A stretch of 47,702 nucleotides of DNA from a virus (lineage: Duplodnaviria; Caudoviricetes), in the IMG/VR virus record IMGVR_UViG_3300020045_015253, positions 1 through 47,702 of that record; one strand, given 5' to 3'. Positions 46,277 through 47,702 of the stretch are shown here, piece by piece. How positions within the stretch are numbered: the first letter of the stretch is position 1; every line of letters starts with the position of its first letter. A model generated the notes under the pieces. It saw nothing but the letters and a program-made list of their open reading frames with translations, was not told where the DNA came from and searched no databases. A program made the position numbers and the translations under genes.

Positions 46277-47702
46277 GGGAGCACTTGATACCTGGGAAGA
46301 TTTTATACGATTAGCGAAAGATGCTCATGCTGAACTACTTGAGATTATTAAAGCTGGGCCTGGATTAAATCAAGAATTAAGTAAAGCAGAATGGGCAACA
46401 CAACTTAGTGCTTCTGTTAAAGAAGTTGTTGCTAATATTGAAGATTTGATTAGAGTAGAAAAACAATTAAAATTAATAAACGATAAATTACTTGGTGGAG
46501 AAGAAAAAGCTGCTGCTGAAAAAAAGAAAGAAATAGAACTACGTAGGCAAGCTAAAGAAGCTCAGAAAAGAGAAACAGAAGAAAAAAGAAAAGCTATAAA
46601 TGCTACTAAAGAACAGGAGCGCGTAGAAAAAGCTGCCGCACGTGCTGCTGAAAAAGCTGCAAAAGAAAAAATTCGTTATGCACAACAAGTTGCAAAAGAA
46701 GCAGCTAAAGCAAATGCTACTACAAAGAAATTTACTACTGAATTAGAAAACCACGCCAATAAATCAAAGAAATCTGCAGCTCAAAATAATTCATTAAGTA
46801 CATCTTTTATTGGATTATCTAAAAGTGTTGGACATGCTATATTAGCTTATACTGGAATAGGGGCAGCTGTTAATTTAGTAATGAACACATTTAGTTCAAT
46901 TGTAGATGTTACTAAAAAATTAGATAGCCTTGGTTTTTCTATTAAGACTATTATTTCTGATACATTTGAGTTAGCTCAAACACAAAATTTTCTTAGCGAT
47001 ATAATTCAAAACTACGGTACAGATTTAGTTGATACTACTAATGCTTATATTAAATTTAGAGCAGCAATTGGAACAAGTAATATGACAGTTAAAGAAGGTC
47101 AGCAAGTATTTGATTCAATGGCTAAAGCATCTGCTGTGCTTGGATTATCACAAGAAAAAACAAACCTTGTATTTTTAGCATTAGAACAAATGTTAGCCAA
47201 GGGAACTATTAGCTCAGAAGAGTTAAGAAGACAAATGGGCGAGCAAATGCCTGTTGCAATGCAAGCTATGGCTAAGGCATTTAAAATAGTAACAGGAGAA
47301 GGTAATGGGTCAGTTGCTGCTTTAATGAAATTCATGAAAGAAAGCAAGGTTATATCTGAAGAGGTATTACCTGAATTTGCACGTCAAGTTGAAAAAGCTT
47401 TAGGTATTGAAACTGTTACAAAAGTTGATACACTTGTTGCTGCTCAAGAAAGATTAAATACTTCGTGGGCTAATTTTGTAGAAATACTTAAAGCTGCAAA
47501 ACCATTGATAACAGCATATAATAGCCTTAGTGGAGCTCTTCAAAATATAACAAGAGCTATAACTCCAGATGAAACAATAGCTTCTAAACGTTCAACTAAT
47601 TTACTTACTTCTACAATGCAAAAATTAGAAGGTATAACCGATGTAGAAGAAAGAAGAAAAATATTAATTGAGTCATATACTGAATTACAAAAGAAACAAT
47701 TA
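46233..47702 (+). CDS. Tape measure protein, allele B (truncated by window end)
   Basis: ATGGCAAACAAAGACGGA at 46233; homologous to the first ~490 codons of 2690..5809. Confidence 0.9.
   Translation, partial: MANKDGIQKYDIISKGALDTWEDFIRLAKDAHAELLEIIKAGPGLNQELSKAEWATQLSASVKEVVANIEDLIRVEKQLKLINDKLLGGEEKAAAEKKKEIELRRQAKEAQKRETEEKRKAINATKEQERVEKAAARAAEKAAKEKIRYAQQVAKEAAKANATTKKFTTELENHANKSKKSAAQNNSLSTSFIGLSKSVGHAILAYTGIGAAVNLVMNTFSSIVDVTKKLDSLGFSIKTIISDTFELAQTQNFLSDIIQNYGTDLVDTTNAYIKFRAAIGTSNMTVKEGQQVFDSMAKASAVLGLSQEKTNLVFLALEQMLAKGTISSEELRRQMGEQMPVAMQAMAKAFKIVTGEGNGSVAALMKFMKESKVISEEVLPEFARQVEKALGIETVTKVDTLVAAQERLNTSWANFVEILKAAKPLITAYNSLSGALQNITRAITPDETIASKRSTNLLTSTMQKLEGITDVEERRKILIESYTELQKKQL

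Larger units (their letters stand above)
43548..47702 (+). repeat. Diverged direct repeat, copy B
   Basis: Same gene order and homologous proteins as 1-4159. Confidence 0.95.

Overview
The window is an apparently complete, circularly permuted genome of an AT-rich tailed (siphovirus-like) phage. Its unit length is about 43.55 kb. The host is most likely in Bacteroidota, judging by TAnnTTTG-type promoters, a VirE-N/BT4734-type primase and Q-rule signal peptides. Bases 1-4159 recur at 43548-47702 as a diverged allele, probably two strains joined in assembly. The plus strand carries a P22-gp3-like TerS and PBSX-type TerL, then an HK97-type portal, protease and capsid, neck, tail tube, tape measure, tail tip, fibres and holin. 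The minus strand carries early genes, a Rad52-like annealase, YqaJ exonuclease, SSB, SF2 helicase, a nucleotide-metabolism cassette, primase-helicase and VRR-NUC. I recognise no integrase, DNA polymerase or endolysin. Four signals stand out. (1) Four structural-module proteins have Sec signal peptides with Gln at +1, and the major capsid protein has an N-terminal membrane segment. (2) The thymidylate synthase homologue has Asp at the Asn177-equivalent specificity position, predicting a dCMP-modifying enzyme, and sits between a DUF6378-like NTP pyrophosphatase candidate and a dUTPase. (3) An antisense early cassette with paralogous coiled-coil-HTH proteins and a shared palindromic operator lies between terL and portal. 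(4) A roughly 100-bp-arm inverted repeat with IHF-consensus sites sits at the early/late strand switch. All calls are by eye; no searches were run.
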